Shown: piece after piece, positions 62,501 to 64,000 of the stretch
Layout: each line of letters starts with the position of its first letter
Position numbering within the stretch: position 1 is the first letter of the stretch
Source: Epiperipatus broadwayi
Lineage: Eukaryota; Animalia; Onychophora
Assembly (NCBI GenBank): GCA_028023455.1
Contig: JAQFVV010000006.1
Location: forward strand, 7,068,001 to 7,132,000
Length of the DNA: 64,000 nt
Reading direction: 5' to 3'
The notes under the pieces: model-generated
The model's input: only the letters and a program-made list of their open reading frames with translations
What the model was told of the DNA's origin: nothing
The model's database searches: none
Position numbers and translations under genes: made by a program

Positions 62501-63025
62501 CTAATATTTATTTATAACTTTACATATATATATATATATATATATAATATTTATTTATAACTTTACATATATATATATATATATATATATCATGAAGCTT
62601 GATACTAGTTTTCTCAATGTGAATTGCAATGTTAGTATATATTATTAAATAACTAAAAATAATGGTTTAAGTAAATCTTATTATAGAATTCATACTATTT
62701 CATATGTAGTGTGTCAATATACAAATGATAAAAAGACATAAAAAAATAACAGCTCACTGAAGAGTAAAATTATATAAACATCCAATAAATTATTATAAAA
62801 ATCAGAAACATTTAAATAATTAATGATAAGACATAATATTATACAAGTTCTCAAACTTATTACAATATTGATTTAATACATGCTTAATATTTATAAGGGG
62901 CAGCTAATTAGTAGCAGGGTATTTAATCTTTCACACTTGTAAGTAAAGCAAGAAAAATCTGTTTAATATAAATATGATCCATACTATTCTGATTTATGGC
63001 TAGTGATGTTTAGACCTTAGCATAT

Positions 63026-63054
63026 CTGATGAAGGGATTCCCTTGAAACTAATC
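63026..63054 (+). ncRNA. Degenerate Penelope-type minimal hammerhead motif (family C)
   Basis: CTGATGA-AGGGATTCCCTT-GAAA-CTAAT-C, about 700 bp downstream of the plus-strand GIY-YIG remnant. Stem I is not recoverable. Confidence 0.5.
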
Positions 63055-63179
63055 CCTACAAATGATTATAAATTAGATAGTTATAAATAATCTTCCATCA
63101 GCTAATTTATCAGGATGCTTTGTTTTAATCTAATCAAAATATTCCACAACACTCCCAGCTTAAACGTTCTCCCAGATTC

Positions 63180-63420
63180 ATCTTTATCATCATCATTTCC
63201 AACCATCACCGATCCACCGTCTCTCCCAACTTAATCCAGTTTCTCCAATCTCTAGCATCTATTCTTCACAACGCATCATAAAATGTCCTTATTTTATTCG
63301 TCCATCTCACATGTGGTCTTTTTCTAGGTTTTTTTTTATAATCTCTCAGTATCCAGTTTAAAACTTTGTCTGTCCATCAAATATCACTTATCCTAGAAAT
63401 ATATCCACCCCAGTTCTGAT
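63180..63420 (-). mobile_element. Decayed RTE 3' fragment
   Basis: ATCATCATCAT tail, then CCATCTCACATGTGGTCTTTTTCTAGG and CCAGTTTAAAA, colinear with the 3' end of the full RTE. Confidence 0.7.
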
Positions 63421-64000
63421 TTACCTATGTGGGATAAATAACCAATGTAACCCAGATAAAAATACTATTCAAATCTCCATTCAGATCTGTGATCACACAC
63501 ATAAAGTAATTAGCCACCAGTCGAATGCACCACAGGTATACAAAGTTCTCGGAAGTTAAATCTGACAAAATGTTTTTGTACATTTTACCAATTTAACTAT
63601 GGTTGAATGCTATTTATCTCAATAGTGCCTCAAATTCGGAAGAAATTTAAATATGACACTGTCAGCTACCATATATTTTAATGATGTCAGATACATGCTA
63701 GTAGTAAGTATGTTGATCTTTTAGAAAAAAGAGGGAATTTACCAATTAAGGCATCACAAGATTCACCATTTTATATTTAACTTTAGCAGTAGCAGAAGTA
63801 ATCCATTCCTATCATGTATTCTAGAATCATCTCAAAATATTGGCCTGGGTTCAAAACTTAAGGTATTGAAAGCTTTGAGGCAGCATAAAACCTACCACTG
63901 CCAGATGAATGTGTGCAAATTAATACTCTTCACTGACTAAGACCAATAGCCAGAAACTAATCTGAAATTTGATTAAGACTGACATCTGATATCCATTAAC

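Overview
Very AT-rich eukaryotic (invertebrate, probably arthropod) non-genic or intronic DNA made up largely of nested, decayed transposons. No host gene could be identified with confidence. Larger elements: an RTE-clade LINE that is full length at both ends but frameshifted (10647-13882, minus); a Mag-like Ty3/Gypsy LTR retrotransposon with both LTRs, PBS, PPT and a 5-bp TSD (36513-41496); an L1/Tx1-clade LINE split by an unclassified 2.2-kb TTAA-flanked insert; an RTE-X-like LINE remnant with an internal tandem duplication; an inverted pair of Penelope-like GIY-YIG remnants; a Merlin (IS1595/ISXO2-like) DNA transposon with TIRs and an 8-bp TSD; and two hAT MITEs. The most interesting signal is not in the ORF track: the window contains many predicted self-cleaving ribozymes. 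An HDV-like ribozyme begins at the exact 5' end of the RTE element. At least two families of non-coding repeats carry extended type I hammerhead ribozymes. One forms about 460-490-nt hammerhead-to-hammerhead monomers (retrozyme architecture) and occurs repeatedly as divergent fold-back pairs. All alignments and folds were done by eye. Coordinates of degenerate ends are approximate.
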